DNA of 64,000 nt. It comes from Camelus dromedarius (Eukaryota). The stretch covers positions 74,216,001 through 74,280,000 of the forward strand of contig NC_087437.1 in assembly GCF_036321535.1 (NCBI RefSeq), given 5' to 3'. This document shows positions 26,465-40,265 of this stretch, one piece after another. Numbering within the stretch: position 1 is the stretch's first letter; the number at the start of each line of letters is the position of its first letter. The notes beneath the pieces were generated by a model. The model made no database searches, had not been told where the DNA came from, and saw nothing but the letters and a program-made list of their open reading frames with translations. Both the position numbers and the translations under genes were made by a program.

Positions 26465-26670
26465 CCTATTTTATGCCAGGTATTATTCTAAGCCCTTTAC
26501 ATGAAACAGCTCATCTAATACCCAAAACAACCTTAAAAGGTAGGCACTTTATTCCAATTTTACAGATGAGGAAAGTGAGGCACAGAGAAGGTAACATTTC
26601 TAAGGTCAGGCAGTGAGTAAGTGCCAAAGTTAGGATTGTAAAACAGACAGTCTGGCTCCAAGTCCATTAT
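26465..26670 (-). mobile_element. MIR SINE
   Basis: Well-preserved core 'attttacagatgaggaaagtgaggcacagagaaggt...tctggctccaagtcc'. Confidence 0.85.
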
Positions 26671-27309
26671 TATCATTGATTACAGTATATTAATGATATC
26701 ACTAGATGACCATCATTATCATTTGCAAATGATATAAGAATATGGAGATACTCGATGCCAGGGAATTAGGATAACAAGACATTAGCCAAAGGTCTTTTCT
26801 GACTTCGCGCCACATCACTTATAAGATCCTCTCATACCTTGGAGGGGAATCAATGGAAAAGACAGTTTTGTTCAAATAATGCATTTATCTAAGTATGATC
26901 CTAAATCTGGAGTTGCTGCGAATATTTTGAGCTCCTTTTAATGCTTGAGTCATAAAATATGATGTTTACTATAGAACTGGACTCCATTTTTCAAAACACA
27001 CTTGTGGGAATTCACTATAAGTACAAGAGAAAACTGAGAAGAAAACCAGTAAGTGGTTTTTTGGTTTCTTTTTTGTTTTTTGAAATAACATGTTCACATT
27101 ATCACTGGGTAGCTTTGCTGACAGATCAGAATCTTCTGGAAACATACGACATTCACTCACCATCTGCTGTTCTCCCAACACTGTTTAACCATCAGTGTCA
27201 GAATGAACAGCATGAGCTAGTCTCATCTCATCCCTTCATTTGCCATGAGATCACAAGCCTGAAGATAGATCCAAAAAAAGAGCTTTCAGTCCCAAGATGA
27301 CATTCTTAC

Positions 27310-27348
27310 CTGCACATGGCTTCGGTTGATTAAGCTTTGCCAGGGGTG
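27310..27348 (-). other. Candidate minus-strand exon of an unidentified gene (5' boundary uncertain)
   Basis: Minus strand reads ...gaagccATGTGCAG|GTAAGA, a strong donor next to a GCC-ATG context. A possible acceptor 'ctgactctcccag|' gives 39 nt. No repeat recognised in the surroundings. Confidence 0.35.
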
Positions 27349-27914
27349 CTGGGAGAGTCAGCCACAGAAGCACACTGTCTGTCCTGGGACCGGCACAGCT
27401 CACCGCAAAGCAGAGAAAATTTCATGCCTCTTTCACAATAATTTTTTCCCTTTGCCTGATTTTTATCAGATCCCAGAGCCATTTTCCTTCTTGGGAATAT
27501 ATTTTAAAAATTGTTAAGAACCAATGAGAAAATGATTCAAATAACAGATACTCTATACCTTTCTTCCTTAGGATACATGTATTTCATAAATATCACATAT
27601 ATCAACTGCTGAAAGAACTGTCTTCATTTATCTCACTAAAACGTGTTCTACTTCTTGGCCAAAACCTCAAAGCTCTTTTCTCAGTGAGTTAAAACACCAA
27701 TACTCAGATTACAGGATAGAGATATTCAGAATACTTAGTCTGTGATATCCAGATATTTACATCATTCATAAATCCTATCTACTGAGTTACAAGTACATTT
27801 TAACAACTACAAGTCACATTATATTCTAGGCATTTTCAAATGTATTGTCATCTTTAAAAATTGCAATAACTCTGTATGAATGTATGCTTGAGCATGCAGG
27901 AAAGATGGATATAA

Positions 27915-28030
27915 CTGTCTCCATATTATAGATGAGTAAACTGAGGTTCAGGGAGGTTTATGTGATTTACCTAAAGTCACTCTGTTGGGAAGAGACAGAT
28001 TAATAATTTAAATCCAGATTTTCTCACTGA
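27915..28030 (-). mobile_element. MIR SINE core
   Basis: 'ccatattatagatgagtaaactgaggttcagggaggtttatgtgatttacctaaagtcac'. Confidence 0.75.
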
Positions 28031-28789
28031 CTTCCTCCTTTACTTTCTAACCTCCCTCCTATTGTGATGTTGATAATAAAGGATAACACATAAGCTTGTC
28101 TTTACCTTTCTAAAATGCATGATCCCACCCATTGGTGTTTCCTCAATTAAAGAAATACATTTCCTCAGCTATCAGCTGTGTCCATTTTTCTTTGGATTTA
28201 GATGTTAACATTTAGATCATTGTTAATTCCTTTCCCATCCTTTGCTTCACAATATGGCAAAGTCCCAAGGTTTGGGTTAGTGACTTGAAAATGTGATGTC
28301 AGTGGCTTTATGGAAGAAGGGATAAAAAGAAGCTGAACTGAATAAGATAAAAAGTTAAGTCATTGTTTTAAAAAGTCATCTTTCAAAAGTAGAAATCCTA
28401 GCCCCTAATATGAAAACTAAATGAGAATTTAGATTTTAATTATAGACTTCTGCAAAGTTCACTCTTTGTGTTAACCCAATAGGAAGTAGCTTTTTATAGG
28501 TACCAATTTATTCACTTTCTTTAACACTCCAAACTGAACAATCACTTTCATGATTTTTTTTATTATTAAAAGAAGTTTCCTTTTGAGCTACTGCTATAAT
28601 AAATAAGGTAATGCATCAATTGAATTGAAAGTTACAGAACAATGTAAATCTCTATGGGCTCAGGGCTCAAGGTATTTAACTTACTGTGAATAGAGAGTGT
28701 CAGAGTGACACAGAGGAGTAAACAAATGATGGGTAACCATGGAGCCCAGGACACCAGCAATTTCATTTGTCGTGACCAAGAAATTGGTA

Positions 28790-28960
28790 CACAGTGATCT
28801 AGAAGTCATCTGCAGGAGTTCCAATCCTAGTTCTTCTACAAATCACTGTGTAACCTTTTCAAAGACATGCTTTCTTCTGGGCCTTGGATTCTCTCATCTA
28901 AAAAGTAAAAATTGATCTATAAGTACTCTAAGATTTCTTGCAGTGTTAATATTCTAAGAT
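28790..28960 (+). mobile_element. MIR fragment
   Basis: 'gagttccaatcctagttcttctacaaatcactgtgtaacc...ctgggccttggattctctcatctaaaaag'. Confidence 0.55.
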
Positions 28961-30404
28961 CCCAGATGTTTATGGAGAGAACAATTTAAAAGAACCTCAG
29001 TACTGATTAAACAAGGTGGAAAAAAACCATATTATGGAAGCTAGAATCACAACCTCAGATGCAAAGCCCTTTAAAAATTTATTTTCCCCCATGAGTAGAG
29101 TTGGTGTTGCTAAGGGAATATTTGTCAGACTCCAGGCATGATTTCACTTTGATTAAATGTTTGTGATGCTTCTTCAAATCATGTCATTTATCTAGTCTGA
29201 CTTGATTGTCTGGTTTTGGTTTGATCTTGTACACTTAGGAAAGTGTATCATGGTGTTATTTCATGAGCTGGATTTTTAAACAAAACAGGAATTCTATACA
29301 CACATTATTCTACAAGAACATTTTATTCTTGAGAGTTCAGTACCTACTATGATATGATGAATCCATTAAAAATATTTGGCAAAGTTGATGAGGTGATACA
29401 TGATTTCTTCCATTGATGAGAACTACATTCTATGGGTATCTTTATTTATAACTATGATTTGGTGATTATTCATGTTAGACATATGATGATAATTTGATAA
29501 ACCATTGCTATATACTATTATTGTCCTCCTGAAAGTCAACAATGCTAACAGCTCCTTTTATGCTTTCAACTATTCGCAGTCTAAGTATAAAGATGAGAAG
29601 GTTAAGAAGTGGAGGTTACAGATAAAGAAAAAAGAACACCTTTTATGTTGTCTCCAATGTAAAAGTCACATAATTTTTACTGGTCACCTTTCTTTTTGAA
29701 TTTCTGCTTCTGGAATGGGTAGTGGAAAAAACACAGTTCTAGAAATCACAATACCTTGGTTCTAATCCAGGCTTTCTGCCAAATTGAATGTGTGGAAAAC
29801 ATCACTTAGAGCTTCTCAGATTCAATTTCCTCATGCGTAAATTGGATTATACATTCTATATTTGTTCATTTCATTTATTATTCTATAATTAGCTTAAATC
29901 TCCTAAATTCTTGAACCTAAGTTGTTCTTACGAACTTAAACAAAAAAATTTCATTTTGTAATTGATGGTATGTAGTAGTTGATGTTGAATTGCTTTACCA
30001 ATATTTCTAAAAATCACTTTATTGATAATGGACATTAAAATAGTCATTTCTGAAAAGGTAAAAAGAAGACATACAATCGCTATCAATAAGACTTGCCTTT
30101 GGAAAACAGGGTTGAAGGCAGATTATTGTGTATTCATGAGGTGTGAAAGGGACTGTCATTATGTGACTGATATTCTTCATGCTTAAGAATTGAACCCAAA
30201 GACACAGCAGATTTTCCATAAAACTAAGCCATGTGGATTTCCTATGTATGATAGACAAGGAATTCCATGCTTCATCTCTTTATATGTAAGTTCTAGGGCA
30301 TTTTACAGTATATTATATTTAAAACCATAAGTGTTACATAAATATATATTACATAAATACTGATAATTATGTTACATAAATACTGATACGATGATTGAAA
30401 AATG

Positions 30405-30425
30405 GTGTGTGTGTGTGTGTGTGTG
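30405..30425 (+). repeat. (GT)n microsatellite
   Basis: About 10 GT units. Confidence 0.9.
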
Positions 30426-31141
30426 CATGTATGCATATTGTGTGTATGTTCACTTACACACAGGTAGATGTGTGTTAGAAAGGAGGAAACAATGAAGAAA
30501 GAAATAAAGGAAATTGAAGAAGTCTAAATTAGAATATAATTCTAACTTAATGTATTAAAGGAAGTGATATTTTAAAATAAAAAGTTGTGTATTGGATGAA
30601 AAGGCTTTCATTAATTTGCATTTGAATTTACTTCCATTTAGCAGTGGAGAAAAGTATATCATGGTCTTTGTGTGAAAGAAAGGCATACAGTGTGGAAATC
30701 TTACACTGTGTAGTAGAGAAAAGGGGAACAAGTTATCAGTGCAATGTAGAGATGAACTACATTACTAACTTTTGGTCTAAAGCAATTCACATACCACAGC
30801 ACAGGCATGTATTCAGAGCAAATTCATAAATCAGATCTTGTCTGACAAGGAAAACAAACAAACATGAAAGTTGTATCCAAATACAAAAGCCTGGGCTTTC
30901 CTAGACTAAGGAAGTTCTTCAGTTGTGGAAGGAATTAAAATAAATGTAAACTGCATCATTGCAACAAATATCATTGTTACAAATACAGGAATTAAAACAC
31001 TTAAACATAATAGAAGAACAATACAATTTATAGTTCATTTTCAAGGGTAGGCAGTTAGCCAAGTTAGCAAATAAATTTACTGCTTGTGAAATATTCTACC
31101 TAAAGAAAGCAGCTCTATTCTGATAATGAGGTTTCCTGAGT

Positions 31142-31293
31142 CAGTGTTTCTCCAAGCATCATCACTACTACCTGACAACTTCTTAGAAATGCAAATTCTC
31201 AAACCGCATCCCACATCAACTGAATCAGAAAATTGGTGGGAAAGCTCACCTTCCATGTGATTCTCATGCACATTAAAACTTGAGAAGCAATAG
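31142..31293. mobile_element. MER5A DNA transposon relic
   Basis: 'cagtgtttctc...cttagaaatgcaaattctcaaaccgcatcccacatcaactgaatcagaaa...gtgattctcatgcacattaaaacttgagaagcaatag'. Confidence 0.8.
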
Positions 31294-32609
31294 CTTAATC
31301 ATACAGCAGAAAAACTGGAGAGTAACTCCATTCTGTTATCATGAAACCATGTACTAGATTTCATATTTACATTTCTTAACAACCTTCAAAAGATTCTACT
31401 GAGATTGCTAGACAGAGATACTTCTTTAGATTTTTAAATTTTTATTATATAAAATAACTAGGAAGTTTTCCATCACCAAGCAATAGTCAATAGTTCAGTG
31501 AAAAAAAATGTGCAGATGATATTCTACATACCAGGCATCAAGCCTTGTTTGTAGTCAAGTATCTCATCCCTCCACTTCACTGTATAAATCCCATTAAGCT
31601 GGCCAAGGAAAAGGCAAAGGGATGCAGACAAAGAGGGCAGTGAACTTGAGTTCATCTAAATTTATTTCTTCTGCTATACAAAGTGAAAGTTAAATAACTT
31701 TAAGCTTCCTTCAAACACTTTCTTGTGTGTCTATGTATGATATAGTTAACTAGACAGGAATAGACCAAGAATCTTATGGGAGAATCTAGTGAGAGAATCT
31801 GGAAGAAAGTAGTATCAATTTATCTGTGATAGTTGAATTTCTCATTCAAGACTCTAACCAATCTACATTATTTCTGCAGTAATGACTATGTGGTATGTAA
31901 AACCTTTATCATCATAGCAGGAGTACAGTATCAACTGATACTTCTACTAGACAATGCGAAGGTGAAAAATCCAGAATGAATAGTTTTTAGTCGAAGGGAG
32001 TGTGACTTGTAGTCTTTTTTTTTTAAATCTGCTTTTATTAAAAGAGGAGTTATGACAAGTAAGAGTCTGGAGATAAACAGGATAATTACAAGTCAAAAAT
32101 TTTTCATAGAAACAAAATGTTTATCTTTTGAAGATAAGCTTATTCCTTGCATTTTATTACACTTCGATATATCTTCAAATTTTTATTTTTAGCACAAAGT
32201 TTGCTCAGGATTATGGACAAAGGTATTTACTAGGTTTTTCTAAGGATGAGTATATAATTATTTTTGTCATTTGGGACCCTTCTACACATTCTATATGTGT
32301 GGATGGATATGTGCGTGTACATACATATTTAATATCATAATGTCTGAAGGTATATTGAAGTGTTCATTTCAATTCTCTTGTTCTGAATACCATATTATGA
32401 AAGACTCCACTTTGACTTGAGAGAAAACAGACCTAGAGCTTCAACTAGAACTGGACAGTGCTTGGCAGGATTTTTGAGAGTATACTTTAGAGATTTAGGA
32501 GTTTGGGGATATAATTTTATAAAATGAAATCATAAAGGAGGAATGATGTTACAACCTATACTTTATTTTTTAAGTGTCTATTTCAAAATTAAATTTGTAA
32601 GTCTATTAG

Positions 32610-33080
32610 AGAGCTCCCACATGAACCCTGAAGGAGTAACTGGCACTGGAACTTGACCCCTCACCATAAAATCTACAAACTGGACAAAATTTGTAGTCAC
32701 TGTTTTGAAACTTTGAGCAGTGGCTGTGATTCCTAAAGAAGGGAAATCAGTTAGGTGAGCCCAAAACTCACATAAACTGTGTGGAAAACACTTTCTGGAT
32801 TGAAGACATTTTTTGGACTGGAATCTAAGCAGAAGATAAAAGTCTCACAGTGAATACATGAGAGTATTTAGAAGTGATGGGGGCACCTTGTCAGTAACCT
32901 ATTCTCAAGTAATTCAGGAATTTTAAAAAAGGACAAAAAATTCTTGAAGATATAGAGATTAGAGTTTAGGAAGGCAGAGTGGCTAAAATGTACAGTGTAG
33001 CGCACTATAGAGAGACACTGGAGAAAAAAATCCCCAGTACTCTGCATGGGAGGCTGTTGTTGAATATGAAAACATTTTTC
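32610..33080 (+). mobile_element. Probable old L1 5' UTR fragment
   Basis: 'gaaggagtaactggcactgg...aaactggacaaaat...ggctgtgattcctaaagaagggaaatc...ggtgagccc' resembles L1MC/MD 5' ends. Confidence 0.45.
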
Positions 33081-33084
33081 AGTA

Positions 33085-34125
33085 AGGACACAAAAATGCA
33101 ACAAATATAAAAGAAAAAAAAGAATTAGACTTCATCAAAGTCAAAAACTTTTGCTCTTCTCTAAATATCTAAAAGAAAATTAAAAGATGGGTCACAAAAT
33201 GGAAGAAAATAATTATATTACCTGATAAAGGAATTGCACTCCAAATATAAGAATTCTAACAAATAAATAAGAAGAAAATGAACAACACAATAAAAAAATG
33301 AACAAAATATTTGAATGGACAAAACAGAAAGATATATGTACAGCCAATAAGTACATTAAAAATATGTTAAGCATCAGAAAAATTCAAATTAAAAATATAA
33401 TGGGATACTACTGCACATCAAATAAAGTGGCAAAAATTAAGAAGCCTGACAACACCAAGAAGTATTGATGAGGGTGTGGAACAACTGAACTCTCACATGT
33501 TCCTGGCAGAAATATTAAATGGTATGACCACTTTGAAAAAGTTGGGCAGTTTTATTATAGAATTAAATATATACCAATCATAAGATTCAGCAATTCTATA
33601 CATAAGTATTTTCCTAAGAAAAATAAAATCATATCCAGTCCACAAAAAGACTACATACTAATGTTCATAGCATTTTTATTCCCAAACTGAAGACAACCAA
33701 ACTGTCCATCAGTGAATGGATAAGCCAATCGCGGTATGTAAATAGAAAAATTCACATCAGTAAAAACAAACTTCTGATACACTCAGTTGCATACATAAAT
33801 ACCAAAAACATCATAATGAGCAAAATTATGCAGACACAAAAGGGCACATATTGCAGGATTCCATTTACATAAAACTCTACAATAGGCAAAATTGTACCTT
33901 AGTGACAAAAAACAAATAAATTGCCTGGGACGATGTGATGTGCGTGGAGAGGTAACTGCAAAGGAACATGAGGGAATACTTTAAGGTGAAAAACATGTTC
34001 CACATCTTGATTGGTTTGCCGGTTATACAAATGTATACATTTGTCAAAACTCAGAACAATATACTTAAAATAGTTTCATTTCATTGTAGGTAAATCATAT
34101 CCAAAAAAAAGTTGATTTTAAAGCA
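33085..34125 (+). mobile_element. Old L1 ORF2 C-terminus and 3' UTR
   Basis: 'gacttcatcaaagtcaaaaacttttgctc', 'gagggtgtggaacaactgaactctcac', 'gattccatttacataaaactc', 'tatacatttgtcaaaactcag'. Confidence 0.85.
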
Positions 34126-34184
34126 AAATATATAGCTAAATAAATAACAGTAGTTAGTAATTTTAGCTCATTAAATAATATGAT

Positions 34185-34900
34185 CCAAGAGCCCACGCTG
34201 ATAATTAATCAACTGAGAGTAGAGAAACTCACAGTAGAATGTCAATGTCTAAATACAGAAGGAATTTAGAACATCACCATTTGGAAACCTTATTTGATAT
34301 AATAATTAGTTCAGCCAAGAGACATCAATAGATGTTAAAATTAGTAGGTAAATATTTGCTGAGCAATGTGGTATTTACATGGCTCAAATACCTCCAAATA
34401 AAATACATACTGAATACATAGGAAAGAAAGAGTGATTTTATAGTGAAAGTAATATGACAAACACTACCTTAAGTGATGAAGGTTAACGAATCATGTAATA
34501 CCTAATAAGATACAATAAAAACAAAGCTTCACCTCTGGGATATTCCTGGAAAAAGTACACACCTGAATCTATTTATGAGGAAACATAAAATAAAAGCAAA
34601 TTAAGAAATATTTTATAAAATTATTGATGGAATTTAAAGAAACATGACAAATAAATGAAACAGGTGATCATGGATTGTATACCCTTCCTATAAAGGACAT
34701 TTTTGGGACAACTGGCAAAACTTAAGTGGGATCTGTTTACTAGATAATACCATACTGTTAATTTCCTAATTCTGATTATTGTTTTTGGTTACATAAGAGA
34801 ATATCCTGTTTCAAGAAAATATACTCTAGAGTATTCTGAAATGTTGGTATATCTTGTTAGTAACTTACTCTCAAATGATTCAAGCATAAAGGAAAAAAAC
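34185..34900 (+). mobile_element. Old L1 3' end (L1MC-like)
   Basis: 'aaatacagaagg...catcaccatttgg', 'acacctgaatctatttatgaggaaaca', 'aaaggacatttttgggacaactggcaaaac', 'aacttactctcaaatgattc'. Confidence 0.7.
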
Positions 34901-35884
34901 CTCTCAGGACTATTTTTGGTTATATTTTACTAACTTCCTAGAGGGTTTATTGGACTCACAAAATGAAGAAGCTAATATTTCTCCAGCCTGATAAAAAAAA
35001 AAATGGATACTTTTTTTTTTTTTTTTTTACTAGAAACAGCATAGAGTCGTCCTTACAAAATGCACAGGGAAAATAAGTTCTGTGTGTCGATATACAGTTA
35101 ATAGTAATTATCAACCATGATGGGAAAGATGATACATATCCTACACAGAAATAGTTATTTAAACAATATTCACCAGTATGCTCAAAACCTTCATAATTGG
35201 AAGCAATTATTGTGAATTATTATTTCCATAAGTTTTATTTAGCCAGTTTTTAAAATTAGTCTCTTCCACAAAGGAATTAAAGCCTTTTCCACCCCTATTT
35301 CCTGGCACGCTGAACACAGTTAAAATAGTATTAAATAGTACAGTGTGCAAACCACTGAGATATTACTAATTTTCAAGATTACATGCTTATCTTGGATCAC
35401 TCTTAACTCTTTCTGATTTTCAGTCTGAGATTCTACAGTTCAGTCCCTACTATTGTAATAATACCTCCAACTTTCCAGAGCCTTGATCTAAATCAAGTCC
35501 AGATATTATGTTTTATGGCATTTCTGTATTTTCAGAGTAATTTGTTAAAACTAATTAGTCACTTAGCAGAAATAAGTGATCAAGAACTTTTCAAAACAAG
35601 CCAATAAAATATAGCCAGAGTTATCTGCACACAGCAGTACATCCAGGCCAGTTGTTAAAATACTGAGATATTTCCATTCTACTTGATACTTAGCTGGTGC
35701 TCTGAACCCTTAAAATGTCTCACTGTGACTTTTTCAGTGTGGTCTTTGCCACCCCATGCCACCCCAGGATCCCTCCTCTCAACTCTTATTATCCAGAAAC
35801 TAAAGAGGTAAGGCTTGGAACACCAGAGGGCATCTAGAATTCAAGTTCAGCACCATGGCCAGTGTCCCCAAAGATTTGCACATG

Positions 35885-36100
35885 TGTAACAATACTGTAC
35901 TGTATGTTTGAAAGCTGCTAAGGGAACAGATCTTAAACATTCTCATCACAGGAAAGAAAATCTTAATTGTGTGAGATGATGAATGTTAACTAGATTTACT
36001 GTGAAAATCATTTTGCAATATATATTGATATTAAATCATTATGTTGTACAACTTAAACTACATGTTATATATCAATTACATCTCAATAAAACTAGAAGAA
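35885..36100 (+). mobile_element. L1 3' end (L1MA-like), 5'-truncated
   Basis: 'aacaatactgtactgtatgtttgaaagctgctaagggaacagatcttaaacattctcatcac...tatatcaattacatctcaataaaact'. Confidence 0.85.
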
Positions 36101-36459
36101 AAAATGTTTTGAATAGTATATGTTGGAATGTCCATTTGTCCACAAAAATCAATCTATATAACTTCCTTTTATTTGTTTACAGTTATCAGTCCCTCTAATT
36201 TTATTTATGTTACCACTAGCTTGAACAAGGTTTTTAAAGTGAATTTTTTTACCTTTTTCATAAATACCTTATAAGGTAAACATAAAATAGTACTGAATAC
36301 TTTTTGAACTCCTATAATATACTAATCTTATTCATTTTACAAAAAAAATCACTACATTATCAATTTTATTTTTAGTGAGAAACAGAGATTACCCAATATA
36401 AATCTGCTTTGTCCTGTTAAGTAGGGTGGGAAAAAAACACTGAATAAAAAATGTTTTGA

Positions 36460-36516
36460 CGTTCCCAGGTGCTGTATAATGCTGCTGATCTAGGGACCAC
36501 ACTTTGAGAACCATTC
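36460..36516. mobile_element. MER5A terminal fragment
   Basis: 'gctgctgatctagggaccacactttgagaaccat'. Confidence 0.65.
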
Positions 36517-36597
36517 GTATAGACAAGCACAGTAATTTTAAACTCTGATATCAACACTACAATCATCGGGATGACTTTCCCCACCCGCCGTGCACTT

Positions 36598-37305
36598 TTA
36601 TTTAGTTTTAATTGTGGTAAAATATACATAATATAAAATTTACCAAGTTTTAAGTGTGCGGATCAGTAGTGTTAAGTACATTCACACTGTTGTACAACCA
36701 ATATCCAGAAGAACTCTTTTCATTTTGAAAACTGAAACTCTGTACCCATTAAATAACAACTCCCCATTCTCCCCTACCCTCAGCCCCTGGCAATTACCAT
36801 TCTACTTTGTCTCTATGAATTTTACTTTATATACTTCATATAAATGGAAGCATTAATTATTTGTCTTTTTGTCACTGGCTAATGTTCTCAAGGTTCATCT
36901 ATGTTGTAGCATATGTCAGGATTTTCTTCCTTTTTAAAGTTGAATAATATGCCATTGTATGTATACACCACATCTTGTTTATCCATTTATCTGCTGATAG
37001 ACACATGGGTTGCGTCCATCTTTTAACTATTGTGATTAATGCTGCTATGAACGTGTGTACAGAAATATATCTATGTGAGCTTGCTTTCAATGCTTTTAAA
37101 GTGGAAAAACTGGATCTATGGTAATTCTATTTTTAATTTTTTGAGAAACTGCTATATTGTTTTCCATAGTGACTGCACCATTTTACATTTCCACCAACAG
37201 TACACAAGGGTTCCAATTTCTCCACATTCTTTCCAACACTTGTTATTTTCTGTTATTTTTTAAATATATAGATGTAGTGGCCATCCTAATGTGTGTGAAG
37301 TGACA
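36598..37305 (-). mobile_element. L1 3' region (L1MB-like)
   Basis: 'ttaattgtggtaaaatatacataatataaaatttacc...agtacattcacactgttgtacaacc...aaggttcatctatgttgtagcatatgtcag...ttccaccaacagtacacaagggttcc'. Confidence 0.9.
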
Positions 37306-38909
37306 TAGGATTTTTTTTTTAATATAAAACCAAAGTACACTGAAGTTAACTTTTGAAAAGAATGGCTCAAAGATTTTCCCTGGTGTCCTTAGTCCTTTCT
37401 TTTTTTCCTGATTTAAATATTCCAAACTACAGTTTTATTTTAGCCATATAGTTATTTCAGGATATTGCACATGATTTTCTTAACTACAATCCCTATTTTA
37501 GCACAAAAAAAGTCAGTATTGACTAAAATAATACCTTTCCAATGTTACTAAAATGGTGATAGCTATTAATGTCACTAATGATTTCCCGTAAGTAACAAAG
37601 GCAAAGGGGACACAAAAATGAAACTTTTCTTCAAACCTCATTTTTACAAATTCTGCATGTTGTTTTGAATGGCATTTCCTAGGTAAATTTCATGTCCCAG
37701 CTCCATTACTAACTAGCAGTTATGGCTTTTAAATAATCTCTAGGAAACTTTCTACTTGTTTTTCTTTTTCTTTTTCTTTTTTTTTTTTTTTTAGTGTTAG
37801 TATAGAACTTTTCTCTCTTTCTTTTTTTTTTTTTTTGTATATAGAAGTAGTTATCTCCACTTCATCCACTTACTAATTTATTTCTATATAAACATTTTTT
37901 CCAACAGTAAGTTCATCTTGATCTTACTGTTTTGTAACCTGATTTTATTGCCTACACATCATGACCATGATCCTTTTCATGATACTTCCTTCATTCTTTT
38001 TACCTCTATATTTTTAATTCAAAAATATACCTGTTTTATCTTTTTATACTGAGATACTTGGCATATAATATTAGTGTTAGTTCTATCTACCTCCCACTTT
38101 GATAATCTGTGACATAAATTATCCTAGGATATAGATATTTTACCTGCAGGAGTTTTAAGACAAAGAAACCCAAACCCAAAGAGGCCAACAAGTTACCTTG
38201 GGATCCCACAGTCCCCCACGTCAACAAACAAGTTAAAGAGAGAGTTCCTATAATACACCTCAGTAAATCTACTCCTTTAGGGTACTCCTCCCACTTTCAA
38301 CTATTTCTGAAGTCAGTAACAATTTCTTCTTGAGTAGCCACTGGGTGGAGAACAGATATACTTAGCACTGAGAGGAATTAAACATAAAAGACTTAACCAT
38401 ATGAAAGTTTAAAATTTGATAAGGGCTCTGAACAAATGCATATGAACAAACTAGTAAACATTATTTCCCACCTAATTTGTAAACAAAAGTTGTATCTCTT
38501 TTCTTGAGACATTAAAACTCTAATTTTTAAAATGCTTTAAAATAATATAAAGTACACACACATTGCTGAACAATTCACTTTGTAGATGGCTATGCAAAAT
38601 TATTTTTTTTAAAAAAAGCCCATGGCTGGGTTCGCTAAGTCTGAGTATATGCTTGAAAGAGAAAGTATGAGTAGGAATGCTTAGAGGAGATAATTTATTT
38701 AAAAAAATAAAAATTATATCAAAAAATAGTATAAAAATTATATAAAAGTTTCATGGACATATTTTATCCACCTAAAGTAAAGTTTCTCTGAGATGTGACG
38801 AGATGGAAATGGGGAAATAAGACTTGAGGGTTACAAACAAGAGGTAATTTAGACTCATGGTTAGTTCCTTCATCAAGTGATTACTAATCATGAGAGAAAG
38901 ATGATTGTA

Positions 38910-39080
38910 TTAGTTAAGGATCCAGAGCAGATCCCCTGTGTTGAAATTCTGACTCTCTCACTTGCCTGCTCTGTGATTTTAATCAAATTATTATACTTAT
39001 CTGTGCCTTCTCTGTGTTCTCTCATCTGTAAAACAGTGATAAAATATCTACATTATGATGTTATTTCAAAGAATAAAATT
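38910..39080 (+). mobile_element. MIR SINE
   Basis: 'gttgaaattctgactctctcacttgcctgctctgtga...ctgtgcc...ctcatctgtaaaacagtgataa'. Confidence 0.6.
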
Positions 39081-40024
39081 AATTTTTATAATTTCTTTAT
39101 AATTTTAATATAGAACAAGTAGATGGATACACAATTTCCTGAAAGTCCCTAGAACTCGCATGCTTATGGTTACAAGTGAGATCTCCAAAATTTCCCTGAA
39201 CTCTAAATGGTTCAGTTAGAAAATGAGACCTATAGCCTCCCTCCTTTTAAATCAGTGTTCAATCTATCTTTTGGCACCTATAGAAATTTGTTACCTTTAG
39301 AAAATCACACTTTTAATAAATAAAACAATATTTTAATTATTTCAAGTGATGATTTTTAGTGCTGCCAATAAGATAAATGTTAATCAGAATCTTTCAAAAA
39401 ACTCTTCCTATTTGACTGTATGATACATGGCTTTAATCATTAGTCAGATTCCACATCTCATCTGCTTCATCTCCTAGTCATTCTCTCTACTAAGTCAAAA
39501 ACAATTCTATTTCACTTTTATTTATTAAAATGGAAGCATTTATTTGACAGCTCCAAATATCTAGACACTTCAATTAAATGCAGATGTAGAAATTATGAAG
39601 AGATTTCTCATGGAAGACTATACACAGCCCTTTTTTGCATGCTTGAGAGAAAAAACAAATTAGAGATAGCTCCTATAAACCCTCAGAATAATTTATTCCT
39701 TTGAGCAGTCTGCTCTACTTTGAACCACTTGCTAAGTCAATATAGCCTCCCTAAATGGACATAGGGTGAAGAATGGGTGTATCTGGTGGAGGGGAAGCAT
39801 AAGCAAATTATGTATCTATTCACAACCTGAAATATTTTTTAAAGTTTCAATTTGGGATTAGAATAGAATTAGTGAATAGATTTCCACTCTATTTTTTTGT
39901 TTTACTCAGCTCTAAGAAGTATTTTTGTGCTTGTGTATTCTGCAGATTTGGAAGAAGTTTTTAATGGCTGACAATTTTCATATATAAATGGTAATAAAGA
40001 CAAAAATAATAAAAATTAACATGG

Positions 40025-40265
40025 AGCCCTTATGATATGCCAGATATACTGATTTCTCTGATGATCTCTCTTACAGATTAAAATTTACATACATTATCTT
40101 TCATCCATCACAACAACCCTTGGAGGTCAGTACTGCTATTGTCCTCATCTTACACATGATGAAACTCAGGCACAGAGAAGTTAAGAAAGTCGTTCTAGGC
40201 CACACAATAAACAAACGATGGGGCCAGGATTGAAACTTATTTAGCCTGACTCCAGAATCTGGGCC
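40025..40265 (-). mobile_element. MIR SINE
   Basis: 'cacaacaaccct...tcatcttacacatgatgaaactcaggcacagagaagttaag...gcctgactccaga'. Confidence 0.8.
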
